DNA of 64,000 nt, taken from NCBI GenBank assembly GCA_963783425.1, contig CAWANO010000012.1, forward strand, positions 38,251 to 102,250. Reading direction: 5' to 3'. The notes under the pieces are model-generated. The model was not told the DNA's origin. It saw only the letters and a program-made list of their open reading frames with translations, and did not search any database. The stretch is from an uncultured delta proteobacterium. Its GTDB lineage: Bacteria > Desulfobacterota > Desulfobacteria > Desulfobacterales > QNYZ01. How positions within the stretch are numbered: the first letter of the stretch is position 1; every line of letters starts with the position of its first letter. Positions 1 through 8,967 of this stretch are shown here, in pieces. The position numbers were made by a program, and so were the translations under genes.

Positions 1-109
1 GTTTCGTGCCGCTCGATCGTGCGCCAGAAACCGGTGACGATACTGCAGCGGCAATTGTAGATGTGAATGGTTTGTTTGAGATGTAACAGGTATAGAACAG
101 GAAAATCAC

Positions 110-790
110 ATGCGTTACCTTTTTGGACTCCTATTGCTATCAAGTGTTTTAGCCACTGCTGGGTTATTGCATTTTTTCCAAGCGGCGCCAGCCGTGACGG
201 TCGCCGGCGCGGATGATGCCGACAACAGTGATGCGCTGGTGATTGTGGCCATAGGCGACAGCCTGACCGAAGGGTTGGGCGTGCCCGAAGCCGAGGCCTA
301 CCCGGCGCGCTTGGAACAGATGCTTCGCGCTGATGGTCATCATGTGCGGGTGATTAACGCCGGCATCAGCGGCGAGACCAGCAGCGGCGCCTTGAGCCGG
401 GTTGCCTGGACCATGCGGCTCGAGCCAGACATCGTGGTACTGGCCACCGGCGCCAACGACGGCCTGCGGGCGCTCCAAACCGATCTGCTGGCCGATAATC
501 TCGATCAGATCGTAGGGCACTTTAAAGCCCACGGGGTTGTGGTGGTGCTTGCCGGCATGAAAGCCCTGCAGAATATGGGGCCAGATTACATGCGGCGCTT
601 CGAACAGGTGTATCCGCGTGTGGCGGTCGACCATGATCTGGTCCTGATACCTTTTTTGCTTGAAGATATCGCTCTCAAGCCCCAATACACCCTGTCAGAC
701 GGCTTGCATCCCAACAGCGAGGGCTACCAGCTCATGGCCGAAAATCTCCACCCCTTCGTGGTCGAAGCCATCGCGCGGATACGGCCTTGA
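110..790 (+). CDS. Exported GDSL/SGNH arylesterase (TesA-like acyl-CoA thioesterase)
   Basis: N-terminal hydrophobic signal; GDSL block I (IGDSLT), NAGISGETS, GANDGLR block III, DGLHPN block V. Confidence 0.9.
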   Translation: MRYLFGLLLLSSVLATAGLLHFFQAAPAVTVAGADDADNSDALVIVAIGDSLTEGLGVPEAEAYPARLEQMLRADGHHVRVINAGISGETSSGALSRVAWTMRLEPDIVVLATGANDGLRALQTDLLADNLDQIVGHFKAHGVVVVLAGMKALQNMGPDYMRRFEQVYPRVAVDHDLVLIPFLLEDIALKPQYTLSDGLHPNSEGYQLMAENLHPFVVEAIARIRP

Positions 791-943
791 GGCAAGCCGT
801 TGGCGTGGAATTTCTCGTGAGGTCACGGCCTTTCTTGTGCCTCGCCGGCTTGAATATGGGGTCAGGCGTCCTATGTTACTGCCATAATGATGCTTCGATC
901 GGCCCCTGAGTTTTCACGGGCCACAAGCAAAGAGGGGTGAAAC

Positions 944-1267
944 ATGACAACCGTCAACATCGAAAAATACCTGATCGAGCCCGTGGATATCCATAGTGAC
1001 GACGTGGCCGCAAATCGCGGCGAAGCCCAGGGGCTTTCCACCCGCAAGGTGCGTGAAATCTATCCCGACGCCATGCTTTTGGCATGGTACGATCGCCACA
1101 GCGGCGAGTCGCGCCCCAAACTAGGCTGTGATTTCGGTGACAAGCCCGGCTGGATCGTCTTTGCCGAAACCCGCGGCGGCAACCTGAGCATCGTGGTCAA
1201 CGGTGGCGAGTTTATATTTATCTACGCCACCGACCCCACCCAAACAGGCAACACGCCGCAGCATTAG
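944..1267 (+). CDS. AF1514-like small protein of unknown function
   Basis: RBS GAGGGG; MLLAWYDR..G...P..C...KPGW...A..RGG pattern recalled from the AF1514 family. Confidence 0.7.
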   Translation: MTTVNIEKYLIEPVDIHSDDVAANRGEAQGLSTRKVREIYPDAMLLAWYDRHSGESRPKLGCDFGDKPGWIVFAETRGGNLSIVVNGGEFIFIYATDPTQTGNTPQH

Positions 1268-1401
1268 GTATTTTTTGGTAAAACGCCGTAAATGTTGACT
1301 TTATCGGCTTCGGCGGGTATCCCACACTGAAGTGGTTATCAATCGGCCACAGGGGCCGGTGTGGCCCTCTTTTCACGAGCACCCACATTGGGGACGAGAC
1401 T

Positions 1402-2094
1402 ATGACCATGGATAATGCGCCGTTAACGCCGTTGCAGCAACGCTCCTTCGGCTGGGGAAAGATGCTGCTTTTGCTGCTGGTTGTGATTGTGCTGACCGTT
1501 TTTGCCACGGTGTGGGTCATGACCCGCTACATCTTTCCCAGGCAATTTGAGCCAGTGCAGCTGAGCGCCAGTGAAGTACAAACCCTGAACGCCAAGCTGG
1601 CGCGCCTTGACCCCCTCAAACCTTCCACGCCCGAGACCGGCACGGCATCGGACCAGGATGGCGCAGGGCTGACCCCCGAACCCTACAGCGAAGTGGGCGC
1701 CAAACGCGAGATCATCTTTACCGAACGTGAACTCAACGGATTGTTGGCCAAGAATACCGACCTGGCCGATAAACTGGTCATCGATCTTTCCCAGGACATG
1801 GCCAGCGCCAAGCTGCTCGTTCCCCTCGATCCCGACTTTCCCTTTTTAGGTGGTAAGACCCTCAAGGTGAGCGCCGGTGTCGAGTTGCGTTACAGCGGGC
1901 AGAACCCCGTGGTCTCTCTGCGCGGAATCAGCCTGTGGGGAGTGCCCATCCCCAATGCCTGGATGGGCAACATCAAAAATATCGATCTGGTCGGCGAGTT
2001 CGGTGCCGGGCAGGGCTTCTGGCAGGCCTTTGCCGAGGGCGTGGAAGATATCAGGGTGGAGGAGGGGCGTCTTAAGATCACCCTTAAAGAGTAA
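1402..2094 (+). CDS. Membrane-anchored hypothetical protein
   Basis: 230-aa ORF with one N-terminal TM helix (LLLLLVVIVLTVFATVWV) then a soluble domain. Confidence 0.75.
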   Translation: MTMDNAPLTPLQQRSFGWGKMLLLLLVVIVLTVFATVWVMTRYIFPRQFEPVQLSASEVQTLNAKLARLDPLKPSTPETGTASDQDGAGLTPEPYSEVGAKREIIFTERELNGLLAKNTDLADKLVIDLSQDMASAKLLVPLDPDFPFLGGKTLKVSAGVELRYSGQNPVVSLRGISLWGVPIPNAWMGNIKNIDLVGEFGAGQGFWQAFAEGVEDIRVEEGRLKITLKE

Positions 2095-2239
2095 AAATGG
2101 TATGAAAAGTCGGAAACGACGAGACTGAGGGCCTCTTCAGGGTGTCAATTTTGTTTTTTGGCGGCCTGGAGTGCCTCGGCAGGCCCAAAGGGTGATATTG
2201 CGCTGGATTATGTAAATTTCTGGCGATTGTCTCCGGCCG

Positions 2240-2280
2240 AAAAAAAAGCCGCCTGCCCGAAACCGGGCAGGGGGCTTTTG
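2240..2280 (-). terminator. Intrinsic terminator of the acs operon, possibly bidirectional
   Basis: CTGCCCG-AAAC-CGGGCAG stem extended by AAAAGCC/GGCTTTT; T8 tail on the minus strand just after the acsE stop. Confidence 0.8.
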
Positions 2281-2305
2281 AGTTTCAAAGGGTGTATTTG
2301 TTTAC

Positions 2306-3199
2306 TTATAGATCCAGCCACGAATCGGAGTAGAGCGATTGGCCCAGAATAACTTTGGTGGTCTTGGCGTAATCCTGCAACTCCTTGGACAGGGAGCCCA
2401 TGTCCGGATCGTTACCGTCGATGATACCGTAGATCAGATCGACGATGTCCTGACGTTGACCCTTGGCGATGGCGATAAGCTGATCATCGCGCGGGTCGGC
2501 GATGCACGAATGCATGCCGCATTTTTCCAGCATCACCATGTAGGTCGCGTTCAGGATCGGACGAAGGTGCTCGGGTGGCCCGTTGGAGATGTTCGACAGG
2601 CCGCAGGTGCTTAGAGCGCCGGGGGCGATGTCGGGCATCATCTCCTGAAAGGTCATCAAACTGATGGCCTGGGGCTGCTGTATATTAACCGGCGTCACGA
2701 TGCCATCGACCCAGATCTTCTCGTTGGGAATTCCGGCCTCGTTGGCGAAATAAAGCAGCTCCACGCACAGGGCGGCCCGTTCGTTTTCATCACGGGGCAA
2801 TCCTTCCGGACCCCACATCAAGGCGATAAAGTCGGCGTTGTACTCGGCCGCAATGGGTACCATGCGTTCATAGCGTTCCGGGCGCACCATGATGGAGTTG
2901 ACGATGTGCGATTTGCCGGGTACCTCCTTGATTACCTTGAGGCTCGCCTCAATGGCATCGATGTTGGACGTGTCCAGCGCCAGGGGTACATCCGGTACCA
3001 CATCCTGGACCACCTCGACCACCCAGGGCATCAGTTCATGCCCGTCTTTTTTGGCGGGGCCCAGGTTGATGTCGATGTAGTCCATCTTCTTTTCCTTTTG
3101 AAATAACGCCTCTTCCTGGATCGGCTTTGCATCGCGCTCTTTGAAGGCGCGTCCGATCTTGGTGGAAATGACATTTAAACTTTCACCGATGAGTAGCAT
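2306..3199 (-). CDS. acsE: Methyltetrahydrofolate:corrinoid Fe-S protein methyltransferase
   Basis: Pterin-binding TIM barrel motifs (IGESLN, IDINLG, LDT, NSI, CGLSNISNG); GGAGGAGG before ATG 3199; follows acsC. Confidence 0.9.
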   Translation of the reverse strand: MLLIGESLNVISTKIGRAFKERDAKPIQEEALFQKEKKMDYIDINLGPAKKDGHELMPWVVEVVQDVVPDVPLALDTSNIDAIEASLKVIKEVPGKSHIVNSIMVRPERYERMVPIAAEYNADFIALMWGPEGLPRDENERAALCVELLYFANEAGIPNEKIWVDGIVTPVNIQQPQAISLMTFQEMMPDIAPGALSTCGLSNISNGPPEHLRPILNATYMVMLEKCGMHSCIADPRDDQLIAIAKGQRQDIVDLIYGIIDGNDPDMGSLSKELQDYAKTTKVILGQSLYSDSWLDL

Positions 3200-3287
3200 G
3201 CCTCCTCCATTCAACTGTTACGTTTGGCGACCCTCGTGATACTCCCACTGCGGGTCAAGGGGGGTTCCTGGTTCAGGGCCGGTCCTG

Positions 3288-4634
3288 CTATATGCCGGCG
3301 CGTTCCCGCAAGAAACCGGGTATGTGCGCCGCCTCACGGGGACCGACGGTGATTTTCCAACCGGGTAACTCCTCTTCCACATCCCCGGCAATGGAGGCCG
3401 CATAACCTGGAATGATCACCTCCTGGTTTTTGACCTTGTCGGCAATGCCGCTCTTTTTGATAAACATACCCACATCGTCGCCGGAGAACTTGCCCGCCGC
3501 CCAGGCGGTGAGCACCGACAGGCCCTCAGTGTCCTTGATGAGCAGATAGGAAGAGACCTTGCTGCCCTCGATCTCGGCCGAGACGATGAAGTAGGTCAGG
3601 GCGAAGTTGCTGGTGACCAGCACCGGGGAGTTTTCATCCGGGGTGCCGATTTCGTAGATACCCTCGGTAACGGTCATGGGCCGTTGCGGGTCGGTGTAGA
3701 TATTCAAACGTTCGAGCAGGAGCGGGAAAATGCTCTCACCGGTCAGATCGGACAATATAACAATGCCACCGTACTTGGCGACGTGGTTGGCCGCGATGAG
3801 CGTCTCCATCTCTAAGTTGCCGGCCATCTCACAGGGGAAGGTGATGGTGGGAAAGCCAACGGCGCGGTTACCGTTCTTGAGCGCGGCGCGGCGAATGGCG
3901 ATCTGATCGGCGTTGGCCTGCTTGATCTCGCGTGAACCCGGATCGATAACCAGATCCTTGATGCCCATTTCGGCCAGTTTCTCTGTCAGCGGCACCAGGG
4001 CCTCCACCGAATCGGCCTTGACGGCCAGGGGCAGGTCGTTGTCCTTGGCCAGGGCGCCGAAGGCCTCTATGTTGTCCTCGGTAGCGGCGTAGATCAGAGG
4101 ACGCTTGAAGGCGCAGGCCTCCACGGCGGCTTTCATGGCTGCTTCATCCTCGCTCATCAACACCAGGTTGAACTCCGAGGTCTCTGCGACCTTTTTAGCC
4201 ACAGCGGCAAAGGCGGCCGCTTCGCCGGCGTCCTTAACGGCCACCAATTCGGGCCTCAGGTTCAATCCTACCCGTTCAAACTGGAGCGCGTTCCAGCCCC
4301 TGAGCTTGGCCTCCAGGTCGGCCTCGGCAATATCGGAATTGACCAGGGCGCCCAGAATCGGGGGATTGTAAAAGGTTTTTTCATGGCGATACTGGACGGT
4401 TTCGCCGCCGGCGGTGCGCTCGCGAACCCCTTTGCCGATCTTTACGGGACGAATCGGCGGTGCCGAAGCTTCGGCCAGCTGTTCGCGGGCTTCGTCCGAC
4501 ACGTAAGGGCAGCTGTCCAATTCCGCTTTACCAGAGGCCAAGTTCATGGCAAACGCCAGGCAGGTGGGCACCCCGCACTCTTTACAGTTGGTCTTTGGCA
4601 GCAGTTTAAATATCTGAATACCGGTCAATGCCAT
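3288..4634 (-). CDS. acsC: Corrinoid Fe-S protein large (gamma) subunit
   Basis: MALTGIQIFKLLPKTNCKECGVPTCLAFA..CP Fe-S domain; NIYTDPQRP; GLSVLTAWAAGKF; GPREA. Confidence 0.97.
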   Translation of the reverse strand: MALTGIQIFKLLPKTNCKECGVPTCLAFAMNLASGKAELDSCPYVSDEAREQLAEASAPPIRPVKIGKGVRERTAGGETVQYRHEKTFYNPPILGALVNSDIAEADLEAKLRGWNALQFERVGLNLRPELVAVKDAGEAAAFAAVAKKVAETSEFNLVLMSEDEAAMKAAVEACAFKRPLIYAATEDNIEAFGALAKDNDLPLAVKADSVEALVPLTEKLAEMGIKDLVIDPGSREIKQANADQIAIRRAALKNGNRAVGFPTITFPCEMAGNLEMETLIAANHVAKYGGIVILSDLTGESIFPLLLERLNIYTDPQRPMTVTEGIYEIGTPDENSPVLVTSNFALTYFIVSAEIEGSKVSSYLLIKDTEGLSVLTAWAAGKFSGDDVGMFIKKSGIADKVKNQEVIIPGYAASIAGDVEEELPGWKITVGPREAAHIPGFLRERAGI

Positions 4635-4716
4635 ATGCGTTTCTCCTTTAAGTTCGCTATGTCTTTGAGGCGCTTCGGCATGGCATTGCCGAGCGCCCCA
4701 AATTTGAACGTGCGTC

Positions 4717-6930
4717 TTATCCGATCAGCGGATCCATATCCAGGGCCGGATGTTTCTTCTCCTGCAAGAAGGGTAGAATCTCCTCCTCGGTGATGCCCAC
4801 GGTTTCATCGGCGATGCGATCGACCAGGTCGGGCACCCCCATGGCTTCACCGCGCTGGATCAGACGTTCGCGGATCTCCTCCTTGAGGATTTTGGGCATC
4901 CACACCATGCGCAGCAGACCACCGTCACCAAGGATGAATTTACCCTGGGTGATATTGAACTTGGAGTGACCCACAAAGCCCGGTGAACTCTGGCCACCGC
5001 CCATGACACCGGCCAGGGTGGTGAACTTCATACCGCAGGGGGTTTCACCGGCATACTCGCGGTTGACCGTCATGACGCCATTACAGGCGGGTAGCATTGC
5101 GGCGATACACTCGCAGCAACCACAGGTGGTCATGGGGTCAATGACCATGGAGTAGAAATTGTAGTGGTCGATGGCGCCGCGGGAAGCTTTGGAGATGAAT
5201 TCGTTGACGCCCTTCCACTGGCCCAGTTTCGGATCGAGGCACTCGCCCTTTTCGATGGGCTGGTTGGGGCCGGTGGGATTGATCTCAAACGAGGCCTTGC
5301 AGTCCATCCAGTTGTAGGCGCCGCACAGGCCGGTACGTTCGGGACTGACCGTACAGACATGCGTGGGAGCGAAGGATTGGCACAGGGTGCAAGAGTAGTA
5401 GGTCTCCACATCCTCGTCGGTCATCTTGGAAACGCGCTCATCACGGGTCTTGTATTCACCGCGGGCCCGCTCGGTGAGTTTGTCCACATCTTCCTTCTTG
5501 GTGTAGAGGGTGACCTGAACCTTGTCCAAAATCTTGCCAAAGTCCTGATGGAACTTGGCATGCAGCACCACCCCGATATCCTTGAGGGTGAATCCTTTTT
5601 CAATGGCTGCCTTGCTGATGCGAATCCAGGCGATGTCGCGCTGGCCGATGTGCATGACGCCCTGGATGTAGTTGATCAAATGGTGGATCTGGCGCTCGAT
5701 GATGGGCTCGAAGTCGGTCTGGAACTCACGCCCGGCGACCTGTACATAGATGCCCAGCGGGAAGGTGCCGCCCTCTTTGAGTCCGTCGACGTCGGGTCCG
5801 ATGACATCGACCTTGCCGTCGTCGATTTCACTCATATCGGCCATCTTGACCAGCTCGGTGGCCTGGGTCTTGCCACCGCCGCACTGGGCGAAGAGATCGG
5901 CGCCGCGCACGCGCTCACCCTCGTAGGCCGGACCGAAAGCGCAAGGAATTTCAATGGTCGAAACGGTGGTTTTCAAGCCGCGCACTTCCACCGATTTTTC
6001 CACCATCTTGTCGTGGGGTACGTTGCCCACCACATGCTCATAGGTGCAGACGCCGGTGGGCAGGATTTCGGGAATGTCGGTGTCGGCCAGGGTCGGAAAG
6101 CCCCAGTTGACGGCACCGGCCGCGGTGGCGGCCCATTCGGCGTTGACATCGCCCAGGGCGTTGACGAAGGCGAAGATACGGTCTTTGTTGTAGAGCAGAA
6201 TCTTCTTGTAGTCGCCCGGCTTGACCCCGCCGAAAGCCATGGCGGCGCGGTTGGCGAAACCCAGGGCGAAGACGGCGGCGGAAATTTCGGGACCGAAGGG
6301 TACGATGCGGGTGCCCCAGCCGACCTGGACGCCGGCTTCGAGCAGCTGGTCGATGACCGTTGTGCCGTTCTGGTTGGCGGCGCAGAAGATGTAGAGGCTG
6401 CGGCGCTGGTACTCTTCAACAATCATTTTGGCGATTTCGGCATCGGGGGCCGCGCCGACGATGGCGGCAAAGCCCGGGGCCGAACCATCGACAAACTCCA
6501 CGCCGCGTTTGCGCATGACGGTGTCGTCGGCCGCACCCAGCCAGATTTTGCCGGCATCTTCGTCGATATCTTCCGAGGGATGATAGAAATCGGGGTTTTC
6601 GACATAGTTGAGTGCTTCGTCGACTTCATGGGCGAAAATGGCACCCATGCCCGCGTCGAGCAGTGAGCCCAGATAGGGCAGATGGTGTTTGCCCTTGATG
6701 TGCGGTGGCAGCAACTGGCGAGAGAACTGCATCGGTTGCAGCATGTCTTCGAGGGTCTCAACCTTAATGCCCAGCAATGAATAAATGACCGGCAGATAGT
6801 AAGCGGTGTTGGGAAAGCCCACCTGGGTGGACGCATCACGGCTTTCAAGGGCTCTCTTAAGGCGGCCTTCCACCTTGGATATAATATTGTACGCCCCCTG
6901 GATGCCTGCAAAAGCAACTAATCTCGACAT
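4717..6930 (-). CDS. acsB: Acetyl-CoA synthase (bacterial type, 737 aa)
   Basis: FPNTAYYLP N-domain; A-cluster ligands CTLCQSFAP, GLCGA, TTCGCCEC; RMVWMPK. Confidence 0.97.
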   Translation of the reverse strand: MSRLVAFAGIQGAYNIISKVEGRLKRALESRDASTQVGFPNTAYYLPVIYSLLGIKVETLEDMLQPMQFSRQLLPPHIKGKHHLPYLGSLLDAGMGAIFAHEVDEALNYVENPDFYHPSEDIDEDAGKIWLGAADDTVMRKRGVEFVDGSAPGFAAIVGAAPDAEIAKMIVEEYQRRSLYIFCAANQNGTTVIDQLLEAGVQVGWGTRIVPFGPEISAAVFALGFANRAAMAFGGVKPGDYKKILLYNKDRIFAFVNALGDVNAEWAATAAGAVNWGFPTLADTDIPEILPTGVCTYEHVVGNVPHDKMVEKSVEVRGLKTTVSTIEIPCAFGPAYEGERVRGADLFAQCGGGKTQATELVKMADMSEIDDGKVDVIGPDVDGLKEGGTFPLGIYVQVAGREFQTDFEPIIERQIHHLINYIQGVMHIGQRDIAWIRISKAAIEKGFTLKDIGVVLHAKFHQDFGKILDKVQVTLYTKKEDVDKLTERARGEYKTRDERVSKMTDEDVETYYSCTLCQSFAPTHVCTVSPERTGLCGAYNWMDCKASFEINPTGPNQPIEKGECLDPKLGQWKGVNEFISKASRGAIDHYNFYSMVIDPMTTCGCCECIAAMLPACNGVMTVNREYAGETPCGMKFTTLAGVMGGGQSSPGFVGHSKFNITQGKFILGDGGLLRMVWMPKILKEEIRERLIQRGEAMGVPDLVDRIADETVGITEEEILPFLQEKKHPALDMDPLIG

Positions 6931-7031
6931 AGCCTCCTCCTTCGTTGAGGAAATTTAAGTGAAAGTGACGATCGATTGAACAAATTGGTGCCCGCTCGGG
7001 CGGCCTGCAGCGACCTCGTGGCCGCGGACGA

Positions 7032-8591
7032 TTAGCGGTGAAACCGTTTGAGTTTATTGAGCATCTGATCCAATGAAGCCTCGCCCTTGATGGGCGCCTT
7101 GGCGGCCTCTTCAGCTTTTTTCTCCCCGGTTTTATTGGCGTAGCGTTTTTCGCGCTCTTTGGCGCGCGCTGCCAACATGGCCGCTTCGTCGGCCTCCTTC
7201 TTGGCCTTGGCCTCCTCGTCTGCCTTGGCTTTGGCTTCGGCCTCGGCTTTGGCCCTGGCTTCCGCTTCGGCCTTGGCCTTGGCCTCGGCTTCCTCTTTGG
7301 CTTTGGCTTCGGCCGCGGCCTTGGCTTCGGCATCGGCCTTGGCTTTGGCTTCAGCCTCTTGCTTGGCTTTGGCATCGGCTTCGGCCTCGGCCTTGGGGTC
7401 TTGCTCGGCTTTGGCTTCGGCCTTGGGGGCCGGTTTGGCTTCGGCTTTGGGCGCTTCCTTCTTGGGAGCAGCCGCTTTTTCAGGCTCAGCTTTGGCCGGT
7501 TTTTCGGAGGCCGGCTTGGCCGGGGCGGCCTTGGCTTTGGCCTTCTCCTCCTCGATGGTCAAGTCGGGCGTCGGCGCCAGGGCGGCATAATCGACATTGG
7601 CCTCGTCGAGCAGTTTGGCGATGGGGGCGACATCGGTCGCCGAACCGCCGTCGGCCAGCAGGTCGATGTAAGCTCGCACCAGCCTCACCGATTCGGGGTG
7701 GCGTAGAATCAGTAGGTCGGAACCGGCCAGCAGGTACGAAACCGCGCCCACGCACTCCATGAGGATGCCGCGGCGTTCGGGGTCGCCCAGGGTGGGTTCT
7801 TCGTCGGCGGTGAGTTTGGCCTCTTTGCTCTTCCAAATCTCATTGGCCAAGTTGTTGATGAGCGGCATCTGCAGTTTGTCGTCCCCTTGCTGCAAGGCTG
7901 CCATACGCAGTCTTTCCATGACCGAGTAGGAGTATTCCAACCCGTAGCCCAATCCGCCGGTGGTGGGATCGATGATGATCTTGTCCATGGAGACACCCAG
8001 GTTTTCTAGCAGAATGTTGACCTGTTTGGCGATGTTTACGTCGATGGGCGACGAGGAGATCAGGGTGTGGCCGTAACCCATGGCCGCGGCGCCGATGCCT
8101 TTGTGGTTTTTATCTTCCACGGGCCCCAGAATCAGATCCTTGCCCTGGCAGTCCTCGGCGATTTGCTTCAATACCGCTTCGTCTTTTTCCACATTGGCCG
8201 TACCCCAGACAGCCAGCGGCACGTCGATGGCCGCGAGCACTTTCTGGACGACTGCCGAAGCCTCCTTGGGTGAGGCGTTTTTCCCGTTGGGGTCGGTGCT
8301 TTTAAGCTGCAGCACGATCATGTCGGCCCCATACTCACTGGCACATTTTTTGGCCCAGGCGGCCGGGTCGGTGAGCACATCCTTAAAGGGAGCGGTGGCG
8401 CTTTCAGGCCACTCATCGGGCTCCATGTCCCAGACTTCCATGGCGATTTTGGGCTTATGCGGCATATCGCCCTCGAACTGGTAAAACGGATAGCACGTTT
8501 CACCACCGACGGTGATCGCCCTCTCTCCCTGGCCGAGTGTGATCTCCTTGATACTGCCGGAGTACGCTTCGTTATAGAACTCGAAAGCCAA
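7032..8591 (-). CDS. acsD: Corrinoid Fe-S protein small (delta) subunit with long Ala/Lys/Glu-rich C-terminal extension
   Basis: VGGETCYPFYQFEG, SPIDVNIAKQ, GLGYGLEYSYSVMERLR motifs; TTG start with AGGAGG RBS. Confidence 0.95.
   Translation of the reverse strand: MAFEFYNEAYSGSIKEITLGQGERAITVGGETCYPFYQFEGDMPHKPKIAMEVWDMEPDEWPESATAPFKDVLTDPAAWAKKCASEYGADMIVLQLKSTDPNGKNASPKEASAVVQKVLAAIDVPLAVWGTANVEKDEAVLKQIAEDCQGKDLILGPVEDKNHKGIGAAAMGYGHTLISSSPIDVNIAKQVNILLENLGVSMDKIIIDPTTGGLGYGLEYSYSVMERLRMAALQQGDDKLQMPLINNLANEIWKSKEAKLTADEEPTLGDPERRGILMECVGAVSYLLAGSDLLILRHPESVRLVRAYIDLLADGGSATDVAPIAKLLDEANVDYAALAPTPDLTIEEEKAKAKAAPAKPASEKPAKAEPEKAAAPKKEAPKAEAKPAPKAEAKAEQDPKAEAEADAKAKQEAEAKAKADAEAKAAAEAKAKEEAEAKAKAEAEARAKAEAEAKAKADEEAKAKKEADEAAMLAARAKEREKRYANKTGEKKAEEAAKAPIKGEASLDQMLNKLKRFHR
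7140..7550 (-). repeat. Coding low-complexity repeat (AEAKAK / EAEAKAKA units) in acsD
   Basis: Degenerate tandem TTGGCTTCGGC-type units on the + strand. Confidence 0.85.
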
Positions 8592-8821
8592 CGTTGCCTC
8601 CTTGTAATTAAGTAGGATTATTGGTTGCGTGTGAGCCTCTCACACCGTTCTTAGGGTGGGTTCGATCGTGGGATTTGTCGCTTATCCCGCGATGATGTTT
8701 AGGCGCCCTCCTTTCCTATAACATTTTGAAATTAATATATATTATATCTATCTCTGCCCGCTCTGCGGGGGTGTGTCCGGAGGTTGCTGGTTGCGTGTGA
8801 AACACACTGCAAGAAGAGAAA

Positions 8822-8850
8822 TTTTTATAATGTTGTCGGCCAGTTGTCAA
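8822..8850 (-). promoter_or_regulatory. Candidate sigma70 promoter upstream of acsD
   Basis: Minus strand TTGACA, 17 nt, TAAAAA within an AT-rich 376-bp intergenic region. Confidence 0.4.
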
Positions 8851-8967
8851 TAGATCAAAAGGTTGAAGCCCGTTTATTTTATTAGATAAGTTCATCGCCA
8901 AACAAACAACAACATATTGTGGTTTATAGATCGTATAGGCGGAATAATACCGACTGAATTGGTTGGA

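Noticed and set aside
5164-6666. Long antisense ORFs (also 27174-28724, 35765-37306, 41519-42727, 52853-53869)
   Set aside because: Shadows of well-supported genes caused by GC-rich codon bias; no motifs of their own.
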